Below are positions 8,812-17,033 of a stretch of DNA of 32,000 nucleotides, piece after piece. A program made the position numbers and the translations under genes. Origin of the DNA: Nostoc punctiforme PCC 73102. GTDB taxonomy: Bacteria; Cyanobacteriota; Cyanobacteriia; Cyanobacteriales; Nostocaceae. The notes beneath the pieces are model-generated. The model worked only from the letters and a program-made list of their open reading frames with translations, had not been told where the DNA came from and did no database searches. Numbering within the stretch: the stretch's first letter is position 1; every line of letters starts with the position of its first letter. The DNA lies in NCBI RefSeq assembly GCF_000020025.1, contig NC_010628.1, positions 7,530,001 through 7,562,000 of the forward strand. The letters are read 5' to 3'.

Positions 8812-9837
8812 ATGATGGAATGGATTCCGCCGATAGTGTTTATTCTAGCTGGCTTACTGGCTGGAATAATTGGTGAAAAAGTTATCTTTAAAAAGCTCGA
8901 AATCTTCATTACTAATAGACGAATTGCCGGGAGTAAAATTATATTTCACTCTCTGCACCGGATGACTTTTATTTGGTTTGTCATTTGCGGTTTTTTTTGG
9001 GCAATTCTGAGCGCACCTCTGAAACCGGATATTGCCATCGTACTACAAAAAATTCTAACGATCGCACTGCTGTATTCAGTTACCCTAGTTTTAGCCAGAT
9101 TGACTGCTGGTTTTGTGAATTTATTTATTCGCAGAGCAGAAGGGGTTCCCACATCGCTAATTTCTAACCTTGCTAAAATTACTGTTTTAGTTTTGGGAAC
9201 ATTAATCATACTGCAAACGGTAGGTGTTCAAATTACCCCGATTATTACAACTTTAGGAATTGGTGGTATAGCAGTTGGTTTGGCACTTCAAGACACACTA
9301 GCAAATTTATTTTCTGGTTTCTACTTAATTATTTCTAAGCAAGTTAGAACCGGAGACTATGTAAAATTAGATGCTGGACATGAAGGATATGTTATAGATA
9401 TTTCTTGGCGCAATACGACAATTAAAGAAATTTCCAATAATGTTGTCATTGTTCCCAATTCTAAATTGTCTTCGGCAATTTTCACCAATTATCATTTACC
9501 CGCAAAAGAAATTACTTTAACAATGGATGTGGGCGTAAGTTATGATAGCGATTTAGAACAAGTTGAAAAAGTGACTGTAGAAGTGGCTAAAGAAGTTATG
9601 CAAGAAATTGCACCAGAATTAAAAGACAATGAACCATATATTAGATTTCATACTTTTAATGATTTTAGTATAGATTTTACGCTTTATATGCGGGTAAGTG
9701 AATACTTCGATCAACGGATTGGAAAACATTTATTTGTGAAAAAATTACACAAACGCTATCAGCAAGCAGGAATTCAAATTCCTTTTCCGGTTAGAGAAGT
9801 ATATATGCAAAATAATTTAGATATAGAACGAAATTAG
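8812..9837 (+). CDS. Mechanosensitive ion channel, MscS family
   Basis: It has N-terminal TM helices followed by GIGGIAVGLALQDTLANLFSGFYLIISKQVRTGDYV and a beta-domain. I chose the ATG at 8812 (MMEWIPPIVF) because the longer ORF start overlaps the converging HDAC gene. Confidence 0.85.
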   Translation: MMEWIPPIVFILAGLLAGIIGEKVIFKKLEIFITNRRIAGSKIIFHSLHRMTFIWFVICGFFWAILSAPLKPDIAIVLQKILTIALLYSVTLVLARLTAGFVNLFIRRAEGVPTSLISNLAKITVLVLGTLIILQTVGVQITPIITTLGIGGIAVGLALQDTLANLFSGFYLIISKQVRTGDYVKLDAGHEGYVIDISWRNTTIKEISNNVVIVPNSKLSSAIFTNYHLPAKEITLTMDVGVSYDSDLEQVEKVTVEVAKEVMQEIAPELKDNEPYIRFHTFNDFSIDFTLYMRVSEYFDQRIGKHLFVKKLHKRYQQAGIQIPFPVREVYMQNNLDIERN

Positions 9838-9840
9838 CTT

Positions 9841-9859
9841 AGGCGACTAGAAGTCGCCT
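9841..9859. terminator. Hairpin between convergent genes
   Basis: AGGCGAC-TAGAA-GTCGCCT is a 7 bp stem between the MscS stop (9837) and the MBL-hydrolase stop (9880). There is no U-tract. Confidence 0.3.
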
Positions 9860-9879
9860 GGTGCAAGACGTGAGCTAAC

Positions 9880-10659
9880 TTAAATTGCTAATGCTCGTTT
9901 TTCTAATGGTAGTTCAAAGCGATCGCCTGGTTTCGGCTCAAGTACCCGCGTCGCAAGATTGTTTTTCTCAAGTAACGAGCGAAATTCTTCAGCACTTCCT
10001 TTAGTTTGAATAAATTTCATCAGCAATCCTTCAAACGTCACATCTCCACCAGCCGCAGTAGGTATTATTACTTGAGGCTGTAATGATTTTACTACTTCTA
10101 AAGCACTATTTTGTCCTTTAATAATCGGCCCAAGCAAAGGTAGCGTCATATCAATAAACGGTGTAATCACTAGATCAATAGGTGCAGCTTGCTTAACTTC
10201 TGGAGAATGATACCCGTGAGGCTCGTAGTATACAGTTAAATCACTCTCCAACTCTTTGAGGAGATAACTATTTTCTACCAGAGTGGGGCCAATTGGAGAG
10301 CCTGGAAAAGCCTTGATTTCTACTTGATTATTTAAAGTGAAAGTTTCACCATGAGCCAGAGTTGTTACTTGGGTATAACCTAACTGCTGTACTACTTTGG
10401 CTGCATTGGGAGAAGCTACGACCTTGATGTTGTGATCCAGCAGCTTGAGCGTTGGTGGGTGAGTATGGTCTTCTAAACCCTGAGACAGCAGGATCAGATC
10501 AATATTATCTGGTATTGGGCGATTTTGCGATCGCGAACCTTTAAATAACCAATCCAAATTGCTGAAAATTAACGAACCAACCAGCCAAGGGTCAATCAGT
10601 ATTCTTTTCCCACCAATTTCCAGTAACCAAGAGTTGCTGTCGAACCAAGTTAAAAACAT
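9880..10659 (-). CDS. MBL-fold metallo-hydrolase
   Basis: The ORF contains a metallo-beta-lactamase-type histidine cluster (LSQGLEDHTHPPTL) and overall beta-lactamase-fold-like sequence. The start is uncertain: the ORF opens at 10695, and MFLTWFDSNSW at 10659 looks like the conserved start. Confidence 0.7.
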   Translation of the reverse strand: MFLTWFDSNSWLLEIGGKRILIDPWLVGSLIFSNLDWLFKGSRSQNRPIPDNIDLILLSQGLEDHTHPPTLKLLDHNIKVVASPNAAKVVQQLGYTQVTTLAHGETFTLNNQVEIKAFPGSPIGPTLVENSYLLKELESDLTVYYEPHGYHSPEVKQAAPIDLVITPFIDMTLPLLGPIIKGQNSALEVVKSLQPQVIIPTAAGGDVTFEGLLMKFIQTKGSAEEFRSLLEKNNLATRVLEPKPGDRFELPLEKRALAI

Positions 10660-10770
10660 AAATTTTGTGAAGATAACGCCTACCTTCATTATCAATCGTG
10701 TCAGCTTTCTTAGTAAGCACTGAGGCCAATACCTACATTCGTCCGGTTAAGTCTACACACGGGTTTTGTT

Positions 10771-11208
10771 ATGTCTGATCTTGGTTTTACTCACATTGCA
10801 CTTGCAGTTACTAATATTGATGCAAGTATCTCATTTTATGCAAAGTATGCTCAGATGAAAGTTGTGCATCGTCGCACCGATCAAACTACTCACGTAGATG
10901 TTGCTTGGATTAGTGACCTGACCAGACCTTTTGTAATTGTCCTAATTAAAGCAGCTAAAGTAGAAGGCTCACTGTCACCACAATCCCATCTTGGGGTAGC
11001 TTATCAGAATTGTGAGGCAATTGATTGCCTGTGCAATGAGGCACGCGCTGAGGAAATACTGCTAGATGGCCCAAATGACTGGGGTTTTCCGGTTGGTTAC
11101 TGGGCTTATATTCGAGACCCTGATGGTCATACACTGGAAATTTCCTATGGTCAGGAAATTAGTTTTACAGTTGAGCAAGCTAGAGACGCGATTAATCGCG
11201 TCTCTTAA
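10771..11208 (+). CDS. VOC (glyoxalase/bleomycin-resistance/dioxygenase) family protein
   Basis: The 145 aa protein has FTHIALAVTNIDASISFY...DPDGHTLEISYG, typical of the paired beta-alpha-beta-beta-beta VOC fold. Its last 8 codons are supplied by a palindromic repeat. Confidence 0.75.
   Translation: MSDLGFTHIALAVTNIDASISFYAKYAQMKVVHRRTDQTTHVDVAWISDLTRPFVIVLIKAAKVEGSLSPQSHLGVAYQNCEAIDCLCNEARAEEILLDGPNDWGFPVGYWAYIRDPDGHTLEISYGQEISFTVEQARDAINRVS
11182..11205. repeat. Perfect 24 bp palindrome, AGAGACGCGATTAATCGCGTCTCT (small dispersed repeat type)
   Basis: It is self-complementary by inspection and lies at the junction of convergent genes. Its outer arms (TAGAGACG/CGTCTCTA) recur at 29205-29231. 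Confidence 0.9.
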
Positions 11209-11218
11209 AAAAATAGTA

Positions 11219-12916
11219 TTACTTTTTACCAGGGGTGCGTCCACCTTCGTCGTTACTGCCACCGTGAGGATGGGAATTGCCTGGGTCACATCCCTCAGAA
11301 CCATTACCAATTCCTTGGTTACAGTGGCGACGTGGTTTTACCCCCTCTGTTGAAGTTTCAGTCTGCTCCTCCACTGCAACTTGTTGTTGTTGTTGTCCAA
11401 CGACATACTGCGAGGAGATATTTGCTACTTGTCCAGTGCTAGATAGAGCTTGGTATAGCAAAGCAGACACTTCAGATCTGGTTGCTACTCGTTCAACATT
11501 TAGCAAGTTCACATTGGGATAGTTGACGACTATACCGCGTTGTGTCAAAGCTGCAATCAGACTGCGATATTCACTACGAATACTAGTTGCATCGCTGTAA
11601 ACAGATAAAATTGTATCCGTTGAACCACTGCTTTGATAATTTAATCCCCGCGCTAATGCTACCAAAATGTCAACGCGAGAAAGGCTTTGGCTGGGGTTGA
11701 AATCCTTACCAATAACAGCGTTTAAAAAGCCCATTTGATAAACTTCGCTGATGGCATTGTAAGCCCAATATTGAGTTGAGACATCCTTAAATGCGATCGC
11801 TTGGCGAATTTTCCCCTTGGCAAAGGCTTTCCGCAGCATTGCCGCAAATTGGGCACGAGTTACTGGTGCATCCGGGCGGAAAGTCCCATCAGGAAAACCT
11901 TCAAGAATTTCCATTGAGGCCAATTCGGCAATAAAATCTTTAGCCCAGTAGTTTGTGGAAACATCAGAAAATCCAACCTGGAGAGCGCGAGACATCCCAA
12001 CTTGGCGATAATTCATCAGCATTTGGCTGATATCGTAGCTAGAGTTATCGCTGACTTCAATCACTTGCACCAAGCTGCCAGGAGTAGCTTGCAAAGCCTC
12101 TGCTAAGTCGGAACTAAAGACGCTCACGAACGACTGACGCACTAAAGCATATTCACCCTGAGTGAAAGAGACGGGATAAACGCTAGTACCTGGAATTGTT
12201 GATAAACCTTCTACTTGGAACTGACTACCTTGGAAGGTTTGGGAACTGCTGAGGAAACTAACACGCTGGTCGCTGACTTGGGTGAAGTAGTCGTAGGTGG
12301 TGGTACCTGCGTCAATAGTGCCGTCTTGGTCAGCATCAACACCATAAACAGTACGAACAACTTGGTATTCTGTAGGTTTGGCTGACAAAACCAGGTTAAC
12401 TGTGGTATTTGCCGACAAACATTCAAATTCGCTATAGCCAATAAAGCGGTTTTGAACATCATACAATCGCACGACGATGCGATCGCTAGCTTTTAACCCC
12501 TTAGCAAATTTTGCTTTTTGCTTAATCTTGTACTTGTAATCACCCAAAAAGCGCTCTTTTAAATAGCCCTTGCCACCTTTACTCTTGACAGAAATGCGAG
12601 CAATCACCTCTGACAAGTTCCCGGATGGTTCCCAAATGGCAAGGCTAAAACCTGTTTTTTTGCCTTTTGCAGAAACACTACTACTGCGGCTTTCTGTGGT
12701 GATAGTTTGCCGCTCAATAGTAGTACGACTCCTGGTTTCTACTTTTTTATCGGCTAAAAGTTGTTGACCTGTGGAATTATCAGATATTTGGGCGACGGTG
12801 GTAGAGAACCCTGAAGTTGCAGATGCAGAAGCTATTGGCGATAAGATTGCCACAGAGGTTGCAGCCAGAACAAACTTGCTCATTTGAGCAAAGTAACTTT
12901 GATTCATGTATTTCAT
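11219..12916 (-). CDS. S-layer homology (SLH) domain envelope protein
   Basis: There is a signal peptide (MSKFVLAATSVAILSPIASASA). Three SLH repeats follow in the C-terminal half (FSDVSTNYWAKDFIAELASMEILEGFPDGTFRPDAPVTRAQFAAML; FKDVSTQYWAYNAISEVYQMGFL; ...RVATRSEVSALLYQAL). The protein ends with a poly-Q linker and a Cys/Gly/His-rich tail. Confidence 0.85.
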   Translation of the reverse strand: MKYMNQSYFAQMSKFVLAATSVAILSPIASASATSGFSTTVAQISDNSTGQQLLADKKVETRSRTTIERQTITTESRSSSVSAKGKKTGFSLAIWEPSGNLSEVIARISVKSKGGKGYLKERFLGDYKYKIKQKAKFAKGLKASDRIVVRLYDVQNRFIGYSEFECLSANTTVNLVLSAKPTEYQVVRTVYGVDADQDGTIDAGTTTYDYFTQVSDQRVSFLSSSQTFQGSQFQVEGLSTIPGTSVYPVSFTQGEYALVRQSFVSVFSSDLAEALQATPGSLVQVIEVSDNSSYDISQMLMNYRQVGMSRALQVGFSDVSTNYWAKDFIAELASMEILEGFPDGTFRPDAPVTRAQFAAMLRKAFAKGKIRQAIAFKDVSTQYWAYNAISEVYQMGFLNAVIGKDFNPSQSLSRVDILVALARGLNYQSSGSTDTILSVYSDATSIRSEYRSLIAALTQRGIVVNYPNVNLLNVERVATRSEVSALLYQALSSTGQVANISSQYVVGQQQQQVAVEEQTETSTEGVKPRRHCNQGIGNGSEGCDPGNSHPHGGSNDEGGRTPGKK

Positions 12917-13071
12917 CTCACACTACCATTCGTCTAAAAAATCACAGGGGTATTTGGTATCCCTTGACTCATTAATCCCTTGGCGTGGATGAAACTAACA
13001 TCTAATCAGTGGCGAGTTATGAGGTCAGAGAACATTAATATATTTGAAGATACACTTTATGAATCTTATTA

Positions 13072-13965
13072 ATGACTGTAACTACACAGCAGCTTGCAAC
13101 CCAAGACGCTTTTGAAAAATTCTTTTGGACTTGGCAGGGTTACAAAATTCAGTACACTGTCATGGGTACTGGACGACCTCTGGTACTGGTTCACGGCTTC
13201 GGTGCTTCCATTGGACACTGGCGTAAAAATATCCCAGTTTTAGCTGATGCTGGCTACCAGGTATATGCCATAGACCTTTTAGGCTTTGGTGGTTCCGATA
13301 AAGCGCTTATTGATTACAGTGTGGAAGTTTGGATGGAACTGCTGAAAGATTTCTGTACAGCACATATACACGAACCTGCTGTATTTATTGGCAACTCCAT
13401 CGGCGCACTTTTGAGCTTGATTGTACTGGTAGAACATCCAGAAATTGCTGCTGGTGGTATTTTGATTAACTCTGCGGGTGGTTTAAGTCATCGTCCCCAC
13501 GAATTGAACCCGCCGCTACGGATGGTGATGGCAGCTTTTAATCGGTTTGTGCGATCGCCAATTACAGGTAAATTTGTCTATAACCGCATCCGGCAAAAAG
13601 CCCAGATTCGGCGCACTCTCTACCAAGTTTACCGCGATCGTCAAGCCGTCACCGATGAATTAGTTGATTTACTTTATACACCCTCTTGTGACCCAGGAGC
13701 GCAACAAGTCTTCGCCTCCATTCTCACAGCCCCTCCTGGTCCAAGTCCAGAGGAACTTTTGCCCAAAGTAGAACGTCCTCTATTAGTAATTTGGGGTGCT
13801 GATGATCCCTGGACACCAATTACCGGGGCAAAGATTTACGAAGAGGCGCGTGAGAATGGCAAAGAAATCAAAATAGTCCCCATTCCGAATGCCGGTCATT
13901 GTCCGCACGATGAAGTTCCAGATGTTGTCAATGCTCAGATTATCGATTGGCTAACGCAAAATTAG
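13072..13965 (+). CDS. Alpha/beta-fold hydrolase
   Basis: It has HGFGASIGHWRKN, the nucleophile elbow GNSIGA, and the C-terminal NAGHCPHDE (catalytic His). Confidence 0.9.
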   Translation: MTVTTQQLATQDAFEKFFWTWQGYKIQYTVMGTGRPLVLVHGFGASIGHWRKNIPVLADAGYQVYAIDLLGFGGSDKALIDYSVEVWMELLKDFCTAHIHEPAVFIGNSIGALLSLIVLVEHPEIAAGGILINSAGGLSHRPHELNPPLRMVMAAFNRFVRSPITGKFVYNRIRQKAQIRRTLYQVYRDRQAVTDELVDLLYTPSCDPGAQQVFASILTAPPGPSPEELLPKVERPLLVIWGADDPWTPITGAKIYEEARENGKEIKIVPIPNAGHCPHDEVPDVVNAQIIDWLTQN

Positions 13966-13974
13966 TAATTTTAT

Positions 13975-14019
13975 GCCAAGACGCAAATGCAAAGATATTT
14001 TCTGTCCATGCGTCTTGGC
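13975..14019 (+). terminator. Stem-loop after the hydrolase gene
   Basis: GCCAAGACGCA (13975-13985) pairs perfectly with TGCGTCTTGGC (14009-14019), giving an 11 bp stem and a 23 nt loop. No U-tract follows. Confidence 0.35.
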
Positions 14020-14112
14020 CTATGCAGAGTAGAAATGGAGCTAACAATCTGGGTGAGTGGCTCTTAATCTTTCTAATTGCATCTTGACAGAATCAAACTC
14101 GTATGGTGTGTA

Positions 14113-15171
14113 ATGGAGCTTGATGTGCGTAATGGACATAAAGAGGTAATTCCCTCAAATCACCATCTAGATTTTTCTCAACAAGGCTATCAAGTTATCA
14201 GCGAACTAGGACGCAACCGAGAAGGGGGAAGAATTACTTACTTAGCTAATGTTCTCAATTTTAAGCAACAGGTAGTGATTAAAGAGTTTTGTTTTGCTCG
14301 GGCCGATGCTGATTTGTCAGGTGTGAAAGCATATCAGCGCGAAATTGAAATTTTGCAGCAACTCAATCATTCTCGCATCCCTCGCTATATAGATTCTTTT
14401 GAAATACCAGGGGCTTTTTATCTGGTACAGGAACATAAAAATGCCCCATCTTTAGGCTTAAAAAACAGCTTTCATCCAGAAGAAATTAAGCAAATTGCTC
14501 TGTCAATTTTAGAGCTTTTAGTTTATCTACAAAAGCAAGTTCCGCCAATTATTCATCGGGATATCAAACCAGAAAATATTTTGGTTGATGAGCAACTAAA
14601 TGCTTATTTAGTTGATTTTGGATTAGCTAGGATACAGGGTGCAAAAATAGCTCTTAGCAGCTTTGTAGCAGGAACCCCAGGTTTTATGCCACCAGAAGAA
14701 CAGTTTGGTCATTCCTTGACTGAGGCATCAGATTTATATAGTTTGGGAGCAACACTAATTTGCTTACTCACTAATACCCGTTCTGTTGATATTGGAAAAT
14801 TAATTGATGATAACTACCGCTTTAATTTCCAGCAATTAGTTCCTCAAATCAGTCCGCGTTTTCGGTGGTGGTTAATGACAATGGTGGAACGTAACCGAAA
14901 CCGTCGCTATGCTAATGCGGCTATTGCTTTAAAAGCACTTGAGCCAATTGAGGTTGTTGGTACTGGCACTGGAATAGATAATTTCATCAGTACAATCAAA
15001 CCTATAAAACGAGCTACAGTGCTGGGACTAGCTACTGTTATTACACTAGCTGCTATGGGGGCAACTTTGATGAGTTGTCAGCCTGGTAGTGCGGTTAGGC
15101 AATTGCTGGAAGCAAGAGAATGTCAAAGCTTGGATTTCAAAGCAAGTTGTCAACAAAAAACCGGGAATTAA
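14113..15171 (+). CDS. Hanks-type Ser/Thr protein kinase with a C-terminal TM segment; the tail appears truncated
   Basis: It has VVIKEF (the VAIK lysine), HRDIKPENILV, DFGLAR and GTPGFMPPE, then a TM helix (ATVLGLATVITLAAMGATLM). The protein ends ...QLLEARECQSLDFKASCQQKTGN*. I prefer the ATG at 14113 to the TTG at 14077. Confidence 0.85.
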   Translation: MELDVRNGHKEVIPSNHHLDFSQQGYQVISELGRNREGGRITYLANVLNFKQQVVIKEFCFARADADLSGVKAYQREIEILQQLNHSRIPRYIDSFEIPGAFYLVQEHKNAPSLGLKNSFHPEEIKQIALSILELLVYLQKQVPPIIHRDIKPENILVDEQLNAYLVDFGLARIQGAKIALSSFVAGTPGFMPPEEQFGHSLTEASDLYSLGATLICLLTNTRSVDIGKLIDDNYRFNFQQLVPQISPRFRWWLMTMVERNRNRRYANAAIALKALEPIEVVGTGTGIDNFISTIKPIKRATVLGLATVITLAAMGATLMSCQPGSAVRQLLEARECQSLDFKASCQQKTGN

Positions 15172-15233
15172 GATTAATTAGGTTGCATCTGGCTAAGGAT
15201 TACAGTCGTTTCCAATTGAATAGACTACACGAG

Positions 15234-15259
15234 TAGGGGCGCAATATATTGTGCCCCTA
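15234..15259. repeat. Imperfect palindrome, TAGGGGCGCAATATATTGTGCCCCTA (dispersed repeat type)
   Basis: It is self-complementary apart from one mismatched pair. It shares the GGGGCGCAA core with the direct repeats at 7675-7713. Confidence 0.7.
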
Positions 15260-15299
15260 AAATTATATGTATTCCACCCTTGTGAAAATTGCTGTCATT

Positions 15300-15503
15300 T
15301 TCACGAGTATTAAAGACTTGTCAACGGAGTTCAAAGGTAGATGAATCCAGTTCAAATACTCGTCAGATGATGGCAAATCGCGCTGTGGATGTAGGCATAA
15401 CTGAAGCGTTTAAACTCCGCAGTATGGGGTTAGTTCAGTTTCAAGTCAATTAAGTAGTGCCACCGTGTAAATTATATCGTCATATTTTTGCATAGGCGTA
15501 GCC
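15300..15503 (+). pseudogene. C-terminal fragment of an AAA-like-domain protein gene with an in-frame stop
   Basis: It translates as ...DESSSNTRQMMANRAVDVGITEAFKLRSMGLVQFQVN*VVPPCKLYRHIFA*. This resembles the conserved C-terminus (xEAFKLxSMGLVxxxGNxVxPRCxLYRxYF) that I recall from cyanobacterial AAA-like proteins. There is no start codon or N-terminal part. Confidence 0.35.
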
Positions 15504-15601
15504 CGCCGCAGGCATCGCTTGGGAATTAAAAATTAAAAAAGTACATTAGGAGTGCAATAGGACTTTTATCTGCAATTACCATTTAACAAAAAGGATTAAC
15601 A

Positions 15602-16228
15602 ATGGTTCAATTTATTCAAGGAAGAGATATAACCTTAGCCCAACTCATCGATCAATTTGGGCTACAACGTGCAGACAACGAACAGTTTTTTTCAGAGTGG
15701 CAGCAAGATTTACCTGAGTTGAGTGATTTAGAAAAGCAATCTCTCAACGAAGTCAAGGCAGAATACTTGCATTTATCACGCTACCAAATTTTAGAACCTG
15801 TAGTCAAAATGGTGGTGCTATCTCCACTATTGCGTCTAGCAGGTTTTTATCAACCGCCTTTTTATATTGCGTCAGAAGAAGAGGTCAGGATTTCTTCTGA
15901 AGATGAAGGCACAATTATTAGAGGATGTATTGATATCTTGGTTTTTCATCCCCCATTTTGGGTTCTCGTTATTGAAGCCAAACGAGCAGAATATTCTTTA
16001 GAGGTAGCAATTTCTCAAGCATTAGCTTATATGTTGGCTAATCTTGGTAATGATAAACCTACGTTTGGTTTTGTAACCAATGGTCGAGAATTTCAATTTA
16101 TTAAGTTGACGAAAGAGGATACACCAAGATATGCATTATCTTACACACTGTCGCTCAATCGTGGAGATGACCTAGATACTGTGGTAAAAGTGTTAAAACG
16201 TCTAGCTTCTTTAGTCCATAATTCGTAG
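15602..16228 (+). CDS. PD-(D/E)xK-fold nuclease-like protein (HsdR-N-terminal-like family common in cyanobacteria)
   Basis: The 208 aa protein has GCIDILVFHPPFWVLVIEAKRAEYSL, a D...(E)xK core, followed by GFVTNGREFQFIKL. Confidence 0.7.
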   Translation: MVQFIQGRDITLAQLIDQFGLQRADNEQFFSEWQQDLPELSDLEKQSLNEVKAEYLHLSRYQILEPVVKMVVLSPLLRLAGFYQPPFYIASEEEVRISSEDEGTIIRGCIDILVFHPPFWVLVIEAKRAEYSLEVAISQALAYMLANLGNDKPTFGFVTNGREFQFIKLTKEDTPRYALSYTLSLNRGDDLDTVVKVLKRLASLVHNS

Positions 16229-16473
16229 TCTCCGTGCTAGCATACCCTACCAAATTTGTATTTCATAATTTTTAATTTTTAATTTTTACTTGATTGCGCC
16301 AAAGGGGAACGAGGTTTCAGGTTTTCAATGCGTAAGTCCTGACGAATAAAGCTGAAGAGATTACACAGTAAGCTTCTAAGTCATTGTACTTTAACCACCT
16401 CGCGGAGTTTAAATATAGAGGTGGAGCGATCGCTCGCTAAAAAAGAAATGCGATCGCACTTTAGAACTCGGTG

Positions 16474-16693
16474 TTTCAAGTTCCAAACACCAATGACCGA
16501 GCAAAAAGGTCGAACTTCCGAGTTCCGAACACCAATGACCGAGTAAAAAGGTCAAAGTTCCGAGTTCCGAACACCAATGTCCGAGCAAAAAGGTCAAAGT
16601 TCCGAGTTCCGAACACCAATGACCGAGCAAAAAGGTCGAACTTCCGAGTTCCGAACACCAATGACCGAGTAAAAAGGTCGAACTTCCGAGTTC
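16474..16693. repeat. Tandem array, 5.2 copies of a 42 bp unit (TTCCGAGTTCCGAACACCAATGACCGAGCAAAAAGGTCGAAC)
   Basis: Units fall at 16474, 16516, 16558, 16600 and 16642, plus a partial unit at 16684, with 1-4 substitutions per unit. There are no interspersed unique spacers. Confidence 0.95.
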
Positions 16694-16853
16694 AAAGCTT
16701 GAAGTTCCCAGTTAAGTCAGCAAATAGCCACTCTATATTCTGCTTAATTTCTACAATCCAGCCAAACTGTATGGTATTATTAGCAACTAGTCGTCCGTCA
16801 CTATCTAAGTAGATAGCCTCTGGCTGGGTCGGCGGTTGGATTTGCGATACCAT
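16692..16853 (-). pseudogene. N-terminal fragment of a Uma2-family (DUF820) endonuclease gene, truncated at the tandem array
   Basis: MVSQIQPPTQPEAIYLDSDGRLVANNTIQFGWIVEIKQNIEWLFAD... matches the characteristic Uma2 N-terminus (YPDSDGxPMADNTxQFxWIxxIKxNLExLFAD). The frame stops after ~53 aa exactly where the 42 bp repeats begin. Confidence 0.5.
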
Positions 16854-16950
16854 ATTCACCCTTAGAAGGATATTTAATCGGGATGCTTCCAAACTAGCCG
16901 ACTCTTAAGGATGTCTGCACCATGAATCTGAAACGATAACTAACTAAAAC

Positions 16951-16964
16951 AGTACGATTGTTCT
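16951..16964 (+). promoter_or_regulatory. Cyanobacterial LexA box upstream of uvrA
   Basis: AGTACGATTGTTCT fits every position of the Anabaena LexA consensus RGTACNNNDGTWCB as I recall it. It lies 70 nt upstream of the uvrA ATG and abuts a -10-like TACTAT (16964-16969). Confidence 0.55.
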
Positions 16965-17033
16965 ACTATAAACAAATTAAAGATAGTATTATTAAGGACT
17001 GTTTCATAAGAAACTCCTTCTTCGCCGCCCAAT

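Noticed and set aside
8025-9209. Short ORFs nested in or antisense to the HDAC and MscS genes (8025-8246, 8946-9209, 8973-9167), and the first 63 codons of the 404 aa MscS ORF
   Set aside because: They are embedded in well-supported genes in other frames. The MscS extension overlaps the HDAC gene and lacks channel features.
11277-11522. 81 aa ORF containing CCCCC
   Set aside because: It is the antisense of the SLH protein's poly-glutamine codons, inside a strongly supported CDS.
16474-16693. Possible CRISPR array
   Set aside because: The units are directly abutting with no unique spacers, and no cas genes or leader are nearby. It is a minisatellite, not a CRISPR array.
16409-16812. Three overlapping ORFs (16409-16630 minus, 16471-16812 plus, 16476-16661 minus) encoding repetitive peptides
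   Set aside because: All three lie on the 42 bp (14-codon) tandem array, which simply lacks stop codons in several frames. None has a ribosome-binding site or non-repeat domain, and they are mutually exclusive.
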